Positions 1 to 10,122 are shown, numbered from the stretch's first letter. The stretch is DNA of 64,000 nt from Candidatus Thorarchaeota archaeon (GCA_048884965.1 JBHLQH010000010.1:22718-86717); one strand, 5' to 3'. A program made the numbers and translations. Notes: generated by a model not told the origin, from the letters alone.

Positions 1-1332
1 AGTAGAACTGAGAAATTCGAGATAACAGAGAGGTCAATCATTCATTCTGGACCTGTGCATCTGACTCCGTTTAAAGACCCTAAAACTATCGATTATGAGG
101 CGCTTCGTGAGCTTCTCCTTGCTGATTATGCAGCTGCTGGAATTGAAGTGGGTAGTATTGATACTGGTGCCGTCATTATAACCGGTGAAAGTGCAAAGAA
201 GAAGAATGCTGAAGAGATAGTGAACGTGCTTGCAGGTGAAACAGGTAAATTCGTAGCAGCAACAGCAGGACCCAACTTCGAGTCCGTCCTTGCTGCATAT
301 GGTTCTGGTGCGGTTGCAAAGTCAGAGGTAACCGGTCGCACGATTATGAATGTCGATGTAGGTGGAGGATCTTCTAACATCGCGGTCTGCAAAGATGGTA
401 AAGTGATTGCTACTACAGCAGTAAATGTAGGCGGTCGTTTGATAGCTACAGATGCGGAAGGCATTGTTATTCGACTTGAGGATACAGGACGCAATGTTGC
501 CCGAGAGATAGGTCTCTCAATCGAGATTGGTGATAAGATAGATGACTCGATAAAGCTGCAACTAGCACGCGCCTTAGCTGAGGCTTTAATAGAAGTCCTT
601 AGAGGTCCACCAAAATCGAATCTTGCTGAGATGCTCATGATGGCAGAGCCGATGAACTATGTTGGCGAGATCGATGACATTACCTTCTCAGGAGGCGTCG
701 CTGAATACATCTATGGGACCGAGAATGGCAACTTTTATGATTTAGGTCTCTTCATCGCCAATGAGATAAAGAACCTTGCCAAGTCAAACAATCTTCCAAT
801 TGCAGAGCCTACTCATAAGATACGAGCAACAGTAATTGGGGCGGGTCAGTTCAATCTACAAGTAAGTGGCTCAACAACGTTTCTATCATCCGGACTCAAA
901 TATCCCCTTCGCAATCTCCCTGCAGTAGTTCCATACATACCAAGAAGTAAAACCAGAGCAGAGGATGTCACCTCAGCAATTAAAGAAGCCTTCAAGCTCT
1001 TTGACGTGCAAGAAGGAGTCGATGAGATGATCATTGCTTTCAATGATGCTGTGAGACCCTCTTATGAGAACCTTACTGAGTTTGCCAAGGGAGTCGTCGC
1101 AGCTCTGCCTAGGACGATCTCTTCAGGAAAGCCCTTACTCATGTGCTTTGACTCTGATATCGGAAACAGCGTAGGTAATGTCATGCGTCGTGAAACCAAC
1201 ATCACCAATGATATTCTATCTATTGACGAGATTGCATTGAGCGCAGGAGACTTCGTCGATATTGGCGAGCCTATCATTGAAGGTGTCGTTGTACCTGTCG
1301 TCGTCAAGACACTTGTCTTCGATTCAAGCTGA
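1..1332 (+). CDS. eutA: Ethanolamine ammonia-lyase reactivating factor EutA (5'-truncated by window edge)
   Basis: Frame is open from base 1. Motifs DTGAVIITGESAKKKNA, FVAATAGPNFESVLAAYGSGA, NVDVGGGSSN, IRATVIGAG and the C-terminal VPVVVKTLVF are typical of EutA. Confidence 0.9.
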   Translation, partial: SRTEKFEITERSIIHSGPVHLTPFKDPKTIDYEALRELLLADYAAAGIEVGSIDTGAVIITGESAKKKNAEEIVNVLAGETGKFVAATAGPNFESVLAAYGSGAVAKSEVTGRTIMNVDVGGGSSNIAVCKDGKVIATTAVNVGGRLIATDAEGIVIRLEDTGRNVAREIGLSIEIGDKIDDSIKLQLARALAEALIEVLRGPPKSNLAEMLMMAEPMNYVGEIDDITFSGGVAEYIYGTENGNFYDLGLFIANEIKNLAKSNNLPIAEPTHKIRATVIGAGQFNLQVSGSTTFLSSGLKYPLRNLPAVVPYIPRSKTRAEDVTSAIKEAFKLFDVQEGVDEMIIAFNDAVRPSYENLTEFAKGVVAALPRTISSGKPLLMCFDSDIGNSVGNVMRRETNITNDILSIDEIALSAGDFVDIGEPIIEGVVVPVVVKTLVFDSS

Positions 1333-1560
1333 GACCTCCGCCATAAGTGTATCCTTGTTGGTTCAAAGATTCATTGAATATCACCCAAGAGAAGTGATGT
1401 GGTGGTCAAAATCAAATCACGGAAGATTATGATCATTCTGGAGTGCGTTTGAGTCAAATCTCTAATTCATTGGATAGAATAATGGCATCTCCTAGTTTTA
1501 CGTATAGACTTAAGGCAATGAACTAAAAGTTCATCATATCTAATCGCAAGGGAAGTAAAT

Positions 1561-2451
1561 ATGTCTGAGAAAACATCGGGCCTTGAAATTGGACCACTAC
1601 GGGAATCGGATAGGGAAGACGTGATTGAAATAGCCAAGCATACTTGGGATGGTCATGATTACTTAGTACACTCGTTTCCAAAGTGGATTGTTGATCCAAA
1701 CTCACATACTGCAGCAATTAGAATAAACAATAAGGTCGTCTCAGTAGCAAATCTTCGTGTCATTGATGACGGACAGACAGGTTGGATGGAAGGGTTACGT
1801 GTCCATCATGAGTACAGAGGAAAAGGACTCGCATCGGTAATGACGAGGCATATCGTTAAGATAGCAGTCGATCTAGGGGTCAAAAGACTGCGTTATACGA
1901 CTGCATCAGATAATGTGCAATCGCTACATCTTGCAAGCTCTGTGGGCCTGTCAATAAAGTTTGAGATGGGTGGTCTATGGCAAGAAAACATGGATACTAT
2001 CACTTGGCGTCATCGTAGCATCCCTGTCAAAAAAGTAGATTTCAAGGAGATTCCGAAGGGAGTATATGAATCAGATTTCTTTCCTCATGATATAATTGTT
2101 CATGATTGGAAAGCCTATGATGTCTCACCCAAGATATTGAAGGAGTTGAGCAAAGGCGCCTCGTTTTGGATTAGTGAGCTTGATGGAGAGGTTAGTGCAT
2201 TCTCCATAGGTGGGGACAGATATGAAGGAGATAACAAATTTTGGAGTGCAACAATATACGCGAAGGATGAGAGTGTGTTTCTGGACCATCTTTCCAATCA
2301 TCTTGAGTTCGCATCGGAAGAATATGGGGGTTTCTTTGCAGCATATCCCGTATGGTTCATGAAATTGGTCGCAACGCTGACATGGCCAAATACTAGCGAT
2401 GACCCTTTTGGAGAAGATATACGAATGCTTCTTCTAGAAAGAATTCTCTAA
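1561..2451 (+). CDS. GNAT-family N-acetyltransferase
   Basis: GWMEGLRVHHEYRGKGLAS acetyl-CoA-binding motif A; N-terminal TWDGHDYL. Confidence 0.85.
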   Translation: MSEKTSGLEIGPLRESDREDVIEIAKHTWDGHDYLVHSFPKWIVDPNSHTAAIRINNKVVSVANLRVIDDGQTGWMEGLRVHHEYRGKGLASVMTRHIVKIAVDLGVKRLRYTTASDNVQSLHLASSVGLSIKFEMGGLWQENMDTITWRHRSIPVKKVDFKEIPKGVYESDFFPHDIIVHDWKAYDVSPKILKELSKGASFWISELDGEVSAFSIGGDRYEGDNKFWSATIYAKDESVFLDHLSNHLEFASEEYGGFFAAYPVWFMKLVATLTWPNTSDDPFGEDIRMLLLERIL

Positions 2452-2512
2452 ACCGTATGTAGAGGCACATTCATATCTGGGAGGCATCTTGACCTCATGA
2501 AACACCTTGAAG

Positions 2513-3421
2513 TCATTTCGTACGCATCATCACATGCGAAATATCGGATTGGAAATTTGACCCTTCACGTAAAATTACATTTGGATCCTTCACTATGTAC
2601 GTGAATGAATATATTATTCCAGTATTTACATTGGTAACAAAGAAATATTCTGGACGTTCTAAGAATTTCTCAGTGTATGCATCACAGATCCTATTGAACT
2701 CCGCTAAAATAGTACTCAGAGGGTAATCCTTGTGGATGTTTACTTCGAATGTGTAGCGAAAGATCTCATCGCCTTTGGTGAGGTATTTTAGCTTATCAAC
2801 AGCAACCCCTCTTTTCGATGATTGAGGTGTACTGCTCTTCTGTTGCTTTATTCCTCTTTCTGCAAGATAATCATCCAGACGTATTCTGAAATTCGTTAAT
2901 TGTGAGTCAACTATCTTCCCATTTGGAACGAATATCCGACTGAAATCCTGTGTCAGCAATCGAGTGTAATTCAGGGTGATCTCAATAACAAGGCCCTCCA
3001 CGTCGCCCACTCGAATGTAATCTCCTACGCGGAAGGGTCTAGCTCCAAATAGATAAATGCCGCTAACTAGGTTGCTAAGTGCTCTTGAGAATGCCAACCC
3101 AATAGCTGTGCCAAGTAAAGCTCCAATGGTAACACCACCACCACCTAAAACTCCCGTTACTGCAATTACGACTCCTACAGCGATTCCAAAGAAAATCAGC
3201 CGTACCATGAAAACGATTCCAGCCGAACCTTCTCGGGGCACCCCCATTTTTCTAAAAGAAATCTTAATGCTACGAATGGTGACCAGGTAAATAAGATATA
3301 TCAAAAGCATGAAAGGTATAATTGCCACAATGCTAGCATAGTCTTGAAGTCCGAGGGGTTCAAGCAGTATAACGAAGATATTAACGAAATCATCCCAAGC
3401 AGTCTGCATGTCGTTCACCAA
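2513..3421 (-). CDS. mscS: Small-conductance mechanosensitive channel, MscS family
   Basis: Three TM segments, AIGLAFSRALSNLVSGIYL, RPFRVGDYIRVGDVEGLVIEITLNYTRL and IFVPNG. Confidence 0.85.
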   Translation of the reverse strand: MVNDMQTAWDDFVNIFVILLEPLGLQDYASIVAIIPFMLLIYLIYLVTIRSIKISFRKMGVPREGSAGIVFMVRLIFFGIAVGVVIAVTGVLGGGGVTIGALLGTAIGLAFSRALSNLVSGIYLFGARPFRVGDYIRVGDVEGLVIEITLNYTRLLTQDFSRIFVPNGKIVDSQLTNFRIRLDDYLAERGIKQQKSSTPQSSKRGVAVDKLKYLTKGDEIFRYTFEVNIHKDYPLSTILAEFNRICDAYTEKFLERPEYFFVTNVNTGIIYSFTYIVKDPNVILREGSNFQSDISHVMMRTK

Positions 3422-3440
3422 AACCTCCGAATAAATTTAA

Positions 3441-3468
3441 GAAACACGACACATACGCATCGTGTTTC
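3441..3468. repeat. 9-bp perfect inverted repeat GAAACACGA-N10-TCGTGTTTC between the DUF308 gene and mscS
   Basis: Read directly from the sequence. It lies about 10 bp upstream (minus strand) of the GGAGG RBS of mscS. Confidence 0.6.
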
Positions 3469-3472
3469 GTTA

Positions 3473-4027
3473 CTATCGCAACTGACCAGTTGCACCTGCG
3501 ATCACTCTAGCAATGCCATTGGAGATAAATGACACGGCCAATACTACAGCTAGTACATAGAATCCTATGGTTGAGAAGAATAGTGCGAATAGAGCTATTA
3601 CTAGGGTCATTAGACCTACAACAAAGTGCAGAATCCGTCCCCAACCAGGAACTTCTTCTTCTAGCAATCCAACTGATACTCTCACAATCCCAATGACCAA
3701 GAGACCAAGAGCCACAAGGAGTATTAGTAATTCAATTGCCAAACTTGAGAATACGAATACAAGCAATGCCATAAATATCGCAAGAACTCCAGCCATCACA
3801 TTCAGGAACCTTGATAGCACACTCAATTCCTTGACTGAAATTGCCTTCGCAAGTCTCGCAAAGCCAAGTGCTATCAATGATATGCTCATGAGAAACAAAG
3901 CAGTGAGGGGTACCAATGAAAAATCCAACATAATCCAAAAGCCCAGTACCAAGGACACAAGTCCCAAGATGATATCCAAACCTCTCAGTCCCTTGGGATA
4001 CAATTCTACTCCTTCAGAAATACTCAT
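3473..4027 (-). CDS. HdeD/DUF308-like multi-pass membrane protein
   Basis: Six hydrophobic helices in repeated pairs ending G.AR/G.VR, a DUF308-like pattern; GGAGGTG RBS. Confidence 0.7.
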   Translation of the reverse strand: MSISEGVELYPKGLRGLDIILGLVSLVLGFWIMLDFSLVPLTALFLMSISLIALGFARLAKAISVKELSVLSRFLNVMAGVLAIFMALLVFVFSSLAIELLILLVALGLLVIGIVRVSVGLLEEEVPGWGRILHFVVGLMTLVIALFALFFSTIGFYVLAVVLAVSFISNGIARVIAGATGQLR

Positions 4028-4040
4028 GACTTCACCTCCC

Positions 4041-4382
4041 CTAGAAAATTGATTTTAGATCAGCCTTCTTTCTCCAAAAGAAGCCCCACGCTAGCAGAAC
4101 TAATGATGCAACAATCGCACCAACTCCAATGAAGGCACCTACAAATACATTGAGATCCTGCAAAGCAGCACCAAAGACAACCAGCATTAGAACTGCATAT
4201 ACCATACCAATCACTCCAATGACAACACCAATTGTTGCAGTTATCATGAAGCGAGTCGCATACCAAGATATTCGATCGTATGCACGTTCCTCTATTTCCT
4301 CAAAAGTGGGTCCCTTGCGAGGCTTTGGTTCGCGTTTCTTCCCGCTATCTGGCACTTCAATGAACCTCCTTATGTCCACCAA
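4041..4382 (-). CDS. Small 2-TM hypothetical membrane protein
   Basis: Charged N-terminus followed by two TM helices; overlaps the upstream gene in a co-directional run. Confidence 0.6.
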   Translation of the reverse strand: MVDIRRFIEVPDSGKKREPKPRKGPTFEEIEERAYDRISWYATRFMITATIGVVIGVIGMVYAVLMLVVFGAALQDLNVFVGAFIGVGAIVASLVLLAWGFFWRKKADLKSIF

Positions 4383-4650
4383 GACGCTTTCTCAACCGCT
4401 TCCCTTCACTCCTCATCCAATACAATCCCCAGAAGGTGAGGAATGCTCCTATTAGTAGAAAGGCGAAACCGATGAATACAGCACCTATAATAACGATTAG
4501 CAGGAAATCCGTTCCATATACTATGTATGTCAATAATGAATAGACTAGACTCACTGAGCCTATTGCAATCATCACGACACTCAAGACTATATATTTCGAA
4601 GCTATCGACATGATATCCATACTAGCTTCAATATCAATCTCCCCAGGCAT
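4357..4650 (-). CDS. Small 2-TM hypothetical membrane protein
   Basis: Two hydrophobic helices and a basic C-terminal tail. The start may be the later Met at about 4620. Confidence 0.6.
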   Translation of the reverse strand: MPGEIDIEASMDIMSIASKYIVLSVVMIAIGSVSLVYSLLTYIVYGTDFLLIVIIGAVFIGFAFLLIGAFLTFWGLYWMRSEGKRLRKRLGGHKEVH

Positions 4651-4741
4651 AATTAATCGGTTGTACTGGTGGCTTGCTGTCTAATCAAACTATCGTTCTG
4701 AAGCATTAAAAGGGAAGGCGAAACTATGGAATGGTGGAGGA

Positions 4742-5800
4742 ATGCTGTTGAGTGATTACAGTTCTAAAGTTGGGTTGCCCCCAGGAACGATTGTTCATAC
4801 TGGACCGAAATTGATTGACGAAATACAGATACGGATAACTGACTATAATGAGAGTTCGATAGAAGAAAAATGCAATGCGTCCATTGAAGAATGCGTACCT
4901 CACCATGATAGTAGTTTGACGCGATGGATAGACGTAATTGGAGTCCATGATGTCCGCAAGATTGAAAGAATTGCAAGTAACTTCGATATTCATCCTCTCA
5001 TCACTGAGGACCTATCAAGCACTCAACAGCGACCAAAAGTTGAGGTTATGCCGAATGGTATCTATGTCGTGGTGAGGTCCTTTGATTACCTTGAGGAAAC
5101 AGATGAAGTGCATTCAGAGCAAATCAGTATCATTGTAGGCAAAGGATTTGTACTCTCTTTCCAGGAGTCACTTCCTGATCTTTTTGAACCTATACAAAAC
5201 AGATTGCACCAGCAATTGAGTAGAATCAGACGTAACCTTTCAGATTACCTGACCTATGCCCTTGTAGACATGGTTGTGGATAGATATTTCATTGTTCTTG
5301 AAGTCATTGGGGATAAGATCGAGGAACTTGAAGATGCAATTGTAAAGAATCCAACTGAGGTCATGCTGCGAAGCATCTACTCCCTAAAGAGAAATCTGCT
5401 CCTGATGAGGAAATATATTTGGCCTTTGAGAGAGGTCGTTTTTCGTCTGAATCGAGATGAGGCAACACTAATCCAACCAGAAACTCAGGTATACCTGAGA
5501 GACCTCTATGACCACGTAATACGTGCCACTGATCACATTGAAACCTATAGGGATTCATTGACCACGATGCTTGACATCTATCTAACGAGTATTAGTAATA
5601 AGATGAACGAGGTAATGAAGGTACTCACTGTCATCTCAACGATATTCATACCCGTGACATTCCTCGCTTCCATCTACGGAATGAATTTCATATACATGCC
5701 TGAATTGGCTATACCCTTAGGCTATCCTGTACTTCTAATATCAATGCTAGGAATTGGCATCACATTGTTATTGTATTTTAGACACGTGAAATGGATCTAG
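4742..5800 (+). CDS. corA: Magnesium/cobalt transporter CorA
   Basis: KVGLPPGT N-terminus, HPLITEDL..QRPKVE, YGMNF signature followed by MPEL, two C-terminal TMs. Confidence 0.95.
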   Translation: MLLSDYSSKVGLPPGTIVHTGPKLIDEIQIRITDYNESSIEEKCNASIEECVPHHDSSLTRWIDVIGVHDVRKIERIASNFDIHPLITEDLSSTQQRPKVEVMPNGIYVVVRSFDYLEETDEVHSEQISIIVGKGFVLSFQESLPDLFEPIQNRLHQQLSRIRRNLSDYLTYALVDMVVDRYFIVLEVIGDKIEELEDAIVKNPTEVMLRSIYSLKRNLLLMRKYIWPLREVVFRLNRDEATLIQPETQVYLRDLYDHVIRATDHIETYRDSLTTMLDIYLTSISNKMNEVMKVLTVISTIFIPVTFLASIYGMNFIYMPELAIPLGYPVLLISMLGIGITLLLYFRHVKWI

Positions 5801-5816
5801 AACGGAGAGCAATCAC

Positions 5817-6296
5817 ATGCAAAAGACAGTTGATGAATCTCGGACATCGATGACGCAGACCGTGTTCCCAAATGACGTTAACAATAACGGTACGCTCTAC
5901 GGAGGAAGGCTCCTTGATTGGATAGATACGATTGCAGGTATTGTTGCAAAGCGGCATTGTCGATCAAGTGTTGTTACGGCATCAATTGATTCGCTGAATT
6001 TTCTAAATCCCATATATCAGAGAGATATCGTAACACTGGAGGCATGGATAAACTATGTCGGAAGAACTTCAATGGAGATTGAGGTCAGGGTCACATCTGA
6101 AAACCCCATAACTGCGGAAACATCGAAGACATGCCGGGCGTTCCTAACATATGTTTCAACAGATGAGAAAGGAGAACCAAAAGAGGCTCCCAAACTACTC
6201 ATTCAAAATGAAGAAGAGCGATATCGATTTGAAATGGCCTTAGAGAGACGAAGTGGACGTCTTAAGAGTCTCAAACTTGAACCAATAGAATGGTAG
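5817..6296 (+). CDS. Acyl-CoA thioesterase (hotdog fold, YciA-like)
   Basis: VFPNDVNNNGTLYGGRLLDWID, VVTASID and VGRTSMEIEV motifs. Confidence 0.92.
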   Translation: MQKTVDESRTSMTQTVFPNDVNNNGTLYGGRLLDWIDTIAGIVAKRHCRSSVVTASIDSLNFLNPIYQRDIVTLEAWINYVGRTSMEIEVRVTSENPITAETSKTCRAFLTYVSTDEKGEPKEAPKLLIQNEEERYRFEMALERRSGRLKSLKLEPIEW

Positions 6297-6366
6297 ACTC
6301 CTTCAAAGAAGAAGTCTAGCTTGTCAGGTGAAATGATAGGCTAGAGAGAAGCATAGTCTGTATTGA

Positions 6367-6606
6367 CTATACTTCTTTCAAGGCATAGACAAGCTCGTGA
6401 TCGACCTCATCTACAACCTCAACCTTGCCCCACTTCAAGAGACCGATGAGGTTCCAGACAATCAAATCCTTTTCCATCTCTGTCTTGGATGCGATGCCTG
6501 TAACCGTTTCTCTTCCCTTGGATAGGACAAGCTGTATCTCCTGCCTTTGCTTTCTGATTTCACTTCTCTTCTGTTCAAAGAATGGTGCGAACCGTCTCAT
6601 TTCCAT
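6367..6606 (-). CDS. Small winged-helix-like protein at the end of the hdr/mvhD operon
   Basis: Overlaps the mvhD stop. TVTGIASKTEM..LIVWNLIGLLKWGKVEVV..Y fits an HTH-plus-wing pattern. Confidence 0.65.
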   Translation of the reverse strand: MEMRRFAPFFEQKRSEIRKQRQEIQLVLSKGRETVTGIASKTEMEKDLIVWNLIGLLKWGKVEVVDEVDHELVYALKEV

Positions 6607-7040
6607 TCCCTCTCTATTGGCCCAAGTTCCTTGACTTGGTCTGTTAGTTTTCGTACTCCATCTGCGAATATCTGAGCTTCAGAAGCACTTGCCCATTGCA
6701 GCCTAATTCGCATCGGATTGACACCTGCTTGCTCAATCACCTGTTCCATGAGAGCCCAACGTGCACGGAGCTTTAGATTGCCACTGGTATAGTGACAGTC
6801 CCCTGGGTGACAACCGCTGACAAGAACACCGTCAGCGCCCATGTCTAGAGCAGCAAGAATAAACTCTGGGTTGATGCGACCCGTGCAATTCACCCGAAGG
6901 ATCCTCGCATTAGGAGGATATTGTATGCGGGATGTCCCGGCTAGGTCTGCTCCAGCATACGAGCACCAGTTGCAGCAGTATGCCACAATACGAGGTTCCC
7001 AAATCGTTTCAGATTCCTTTTGGATAGCTGCTTGAGTCAT
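6597..7040 (-). CDS. mvhD: MvhD/FlpD [2Fe-2S] subunit
   Basis: CCNWCSYAGADLAG, RVNCTGR, GADGVLVSGCHPGDCHY and WASASE; all ligands are Cys, with no in-frame TGA. Confidence 0.95.
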   Translation of the reverse strand: MTQAAIQKESETIWEPRIVAYCCNWCSYAGADLAGTSRIQYPPNARILRVNCTGRINPEFILAALDMGADGVLVSGCHPGDCHYTSGNLKLRARWALMEQVIEQAGVNPMRIRLQWASASEAQIFADGVRKLTDQVKELGPIEREWK

Positions 7041-8788
7041 TATGTACTTCCTCCTTCAGCCTGTGCCGGAGTACAGAGATATGCCTCAACCATGGCGAGA
7101 ATCTGCTCATCCGTGGAATGAAGCATCACAATAGCACTACTCGGACATCCACCAGCACATGTCCCACATCCATGACACTTTGCCTCAGTTACAAATGCAA
7201 CTGCAGTATCAGCAGTCTTATCGATAGCAATTGCTCCGTAAGGACAAGCTGACACACACGTGTAACAAGTCGAACAAAGCTCTGGCAGCACCTGAGCGAC
7301 TGTTGATTCAATCTCGACCTCTCCACGGGCCATCAAACCAACGGCCTTTGCAGCTGCACCACTTGCGTCAATCGCAGCCTCATGAGCATTCTTGGCTGCC
7401 TGAGCAGCTCCAGCGATCATGATACCTGCTGTGTGAGTAGTTAGTGGTGCAAGCTTGATGTGCTCCGGATTGAAGAACCCATCCCCACTTCTTGTAAGAC
7501 TGAAGAGCTTTCCAGTTTCTTCAATGTCAGAAGGAGGAACCATTGCGGATGCCAATACGAGAAGATCTGGCTTGAACTCAAGCTCATCCTCTGAGAGGAC
7601 ATCGAACCACCGCACGAATACTTGTCCATCCTGCACTGTGACAATAGGTTTCTGTTCAGGCGGGAATTTACTATATATGACATTCCTGCTACGTGCAAGC
7701 CGATGCAACTCTTCATGACCTCTGCCATAAGTTCTGATATCCTGATAGAGCACCAGTACCTCTTCACTTCTTTGTCTCAGATCAGAAGCGGCCTTAGCAA
7801 CCGCAGAACAACAGTGACGTGAACAATGTTCATGGCCTTTGATCCCTGCCTCGCGAGATCCAACACAGCCAATGAAGGCTATCTTCTTCACAGGTTTACC
7901 ATTGCTTGGTCGGAAGAGTTCATACCTTCGTGGCATCTCTTGCAACTCTGCAAGTGTGACAATATCTGGAGAAGTTCCGTAGCCATAGTAGCCCTTTGGT
8001 TTGAAGGGTTCAAATCCTGATGCTACAACAACAGCTCCAACTTTGTATTTTCGCTCACTACCTGTAGGATTATTCCTGATGACCACATCAAAGTTGCCAA
8101 TATAGCCCTCAAAGCATACAACTTTACTGTCCCTGAGGACCTCAACGCGATCGTGCCGCATGATGCGTTCAACCATTGGCTCTATGACCTGTTCTCCAAT
8201 TTGATCTGCGGGGAAGAGGTGAGTCCATTTCGCGACGGCGCCACCTAGCACTTTCTCCTTCTCCACAAGCACTACATCGAATCCTCGATCAGCTATATCA
8301 AGAGCTGCAGTAAGTCCCGCAATACCTGCTCCAACGACCAGTGTCCTAGGAGTGACTGCTACTTTCTTGATAGGTAATGCATCCAGCTTTGCCGATCGAG
8401 CCACAGACATCTTGATTAGATCAATCGCTTTCTCAGTGGCTTTCTCAGGTTGTCGCATGTGACACCAGGATACATGTTCCCGGAGGTTGACCTGATCGAA
8501 CAGATACCTGTTCAGTCCAGCCTCTTCGACCACTCTCCTGAAGGTGGGCTCATGCATTCGTGGGGAGCAACTTGCTACGACGACGCGATTCAATTTGTGC
8601 TCCTTTATCTTCTTACGAATGAGCTCTTGTCCACTGTCGGCACACATGAACATCTCGTGAGTTGCGAAGATGACATGCGGCATTGATTTTGATTCCTCGG
8701 CGACTCGCTTAACATCAACGACTCCAGCGATGTTGTGGCCACAGTGGCAGACGAATACACCAATTCGTGGAGTTTCATTATCGCTCAT
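7040..8788 (-). CDS. hdrA: Heterodisulfide reductase subunit A-like protein (N-terminal domain, FAD domain and C-terminal 2x[4Fe-4S]; no inserted ferredoxin)
   Basis: RIGVFVCHCGHNIAG, VVASCSPRMHE, VNLREHVSW, GAGIAG, CVGSR..CSRHCC, and C-terminal CSTCYTCVSACP / CHGCGTCAGGCP. Confidence 0.9.
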   Translation of the reverse strand: MSDNETPRIGVFVCHCGHNIAGVVDVKRVAEESKSMPHVIFATHEMFMCADSGQELIRKKIKEHKLNRVVVASCSPRMHEPTFRRVVEEAGLNRYLFDQVNLREHVSWCHMRQPEKATEKAIDLIKMSVARSAKLDALPIKKVAVTPRTLVVGAGIAGLTAALDIADRGFDVVLVEKEKVLGGAVAKWTHLFPADQIGEQVIEPMVERIMRHDRVEVLRDSKVVCFEGYIGNFDVVIRNNPTGSERKYKVGAVVVASGFEPFKPKGYYGYGTSPDIVTLAELQEMPRRYELFRPSNGKPVKKIAFIGCVGSREAGIKGHEHCSRHCCSAVAKAASDLRQRSEEVLVLYQDIRTYGRGHEELHRLARSRNVIYSKFPPEQKPIVTVQDGQVFVRWFDVLSEDELEFKPDLLVLASAMVPPSDIEETGKLFSLTRSGDGFFNPEHIKLAPLTTHTAGIMIAGAAQAAKNAHEAAIDASGAAAKAVGLMARGEVEIESTVAQVLPELCSTCYTCVSACPYGAIAIDKTADTAVAFVTEAKCHGCGTCAGGCPSSAIVMLHSTDEQILAMVEAYLCTPAQAEGGST

Positions 8789-10122
8789 TATTGTGCACCT
8801 GCCTTTGAAAGAATGATTGTAGCTCGCATAGCGGCTGCACTTCCAGCCGTAACTGAATCAGGGATGTCCTTTGGTCCATCAGCACACCCACAAGTGAATA
8901 CTCCAGGAACAGGAGTTGAAACAGGGGCTGCAAATGTATCTAGGATATCCAAGTAGCCATCTTCGGATTGTTTCAGTTTCAGGACCTTTGCGATGGTGCT
9001 AAGACCCTCAGGTGGTTGCAATCCGGGGCATATGACAAGCATGTCATGCTCTACCTCTGTAAGTTTAGCTGTTTCGATGTCCTCTACTTCTACGATGAGG
9101 TTGTGGTTATTCTGATCCTCAGTGACTTCTCCCACGCGACCTTTCACAAAATGGACACCAAAGCGAGTCTTTGCCATCTCATAGAATTCCTCGAAACCCT
9201 TGCCAAAGGCTCTGATATCAGCGTAGTAAATTGTAACTTTTGCCTCTGGGTCGTGCTCGCGAGCCATCACGGCATTCTTTACACCATACATGCAACATAC
9301 GCGGCTGCAATAGGGTACGCCCTTGTTCACATCGCGGGCTCCGACGCACTGAATGAAACCTAGGTCCTTTGGCATTCGTCCATCACTCATCCGAATGAGG
9401 TGACCATGAGTAGGACCTGCAGCATTGATGAGGCGCTCATACTCCATAGCGTTCACGACATTCTGATAGCGGCCATATCCAAGTCGAGGATATACTGAAA
9501 CATCAAAGAGCTTGTAACCAGTGGCTACAACAATAGCGCCGACATTGAGTTGGACTACTTTGTCCTTCATCTCATAGTCGATAGCACCTCGAGAACATTC
9601 CCGAGCGCATCGATTGCAGTTGATGCATGTTTCCATATCGATAGTGTAGACAGCTGGAGTAGCCTGGGGGAAGGGGAGATAGATAGCCTTCCGGAATCCA
9701 AGCTTCTCTTCAAACTCAGCTGGAACCTCTACTGGACAGACTTGAGCACATTCGCCACAACCTGAGCATTTGTCTTCATGGATGTATCTAGCCTTTCTTC
9801 GTACCTTGACCGTGAAGTTACCCTCATGGCCTGTTGCTTCCTCTACCTCTGAGTAGGTTAGGAGTTCGATGTTTGGATGGCGTGCGACTTCACTCAGCTT
9901 TGGAGTAAGGATACATGCCGAGCAGTCAAGAGTTGGAAAGGTCTTGTCTATCGCAGCCATTCGGCCTCCAATTGAAGGAGTCTTTTCCACTAGATACACC
10001 TTGAATCCCTGACTCGCGATATCCAATGCAGCTTGCATCCCTGCGACGCCGCCACCGATCACGAGAGCGTTATCTGAAACATAGCGTTCCATTCTACTAA
10101 CATAATCTGCACTTTGGGTCAT
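8788..10122 (-). CDS. hdrA: Heterodisulfide reductase subunit A-like protein (FAD domain with inserted ferredoxin; no N-terminal domain or C-terminal ferredoxin)
   Basis: GGGVAG, KTFPTLDCSACILTPK, CSGCGECAQVCP, CINCNRCAREC, QCVGAR..CSRVCC and GPKDIPDSV. Confidence 0.9.
   Translation of the reverse strand: MTQSADYVSRMERYVSDNALVIGGGVAGMQAALDIASQGFKVYLVEKTPSIGGRMAAIDKTFPTLDCSACILTPKLSEVARHPNIELLTYSEVEEATGHEGNFTVKVRRKARYIHEDKCSGCGECAQVCPVEVPAEFEEKLGFRKAIYLPFPQATPAVYTIDMETCINCNRCARECSRGAIDYEMKDKVVQLNVGAIVVATGYKLFDVSVYPRLGYGRYQNVVNAMEYERLINAAGPTHGHLIRMSDGRMPKDLGFIQCVGARDVNKGVPYCSRVCCMYGVKNAVMAREHDPEAKVTIYYADIRAFGKGFEEFYEMAKTRFGVHFVKGRVGEVTEDQNNHNLIVEVEDIETAKLTEVEHDMLVICPGLQPPEGLSTIAKVLKLKQSEDGYLDILDTFAAPVSTPVPGVFTCGCADGPKDIPDSVTAGSAAAMRATIILSKAGAQ

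Noticed and set aside
6597-10122. Selenocysteine (TGA) recoding in HdrA or MvhD, known in some Asgard archaea and methanogens
   Set aside because: The ORFs are uninterrupted and the relevant motif positions are Cys codons.
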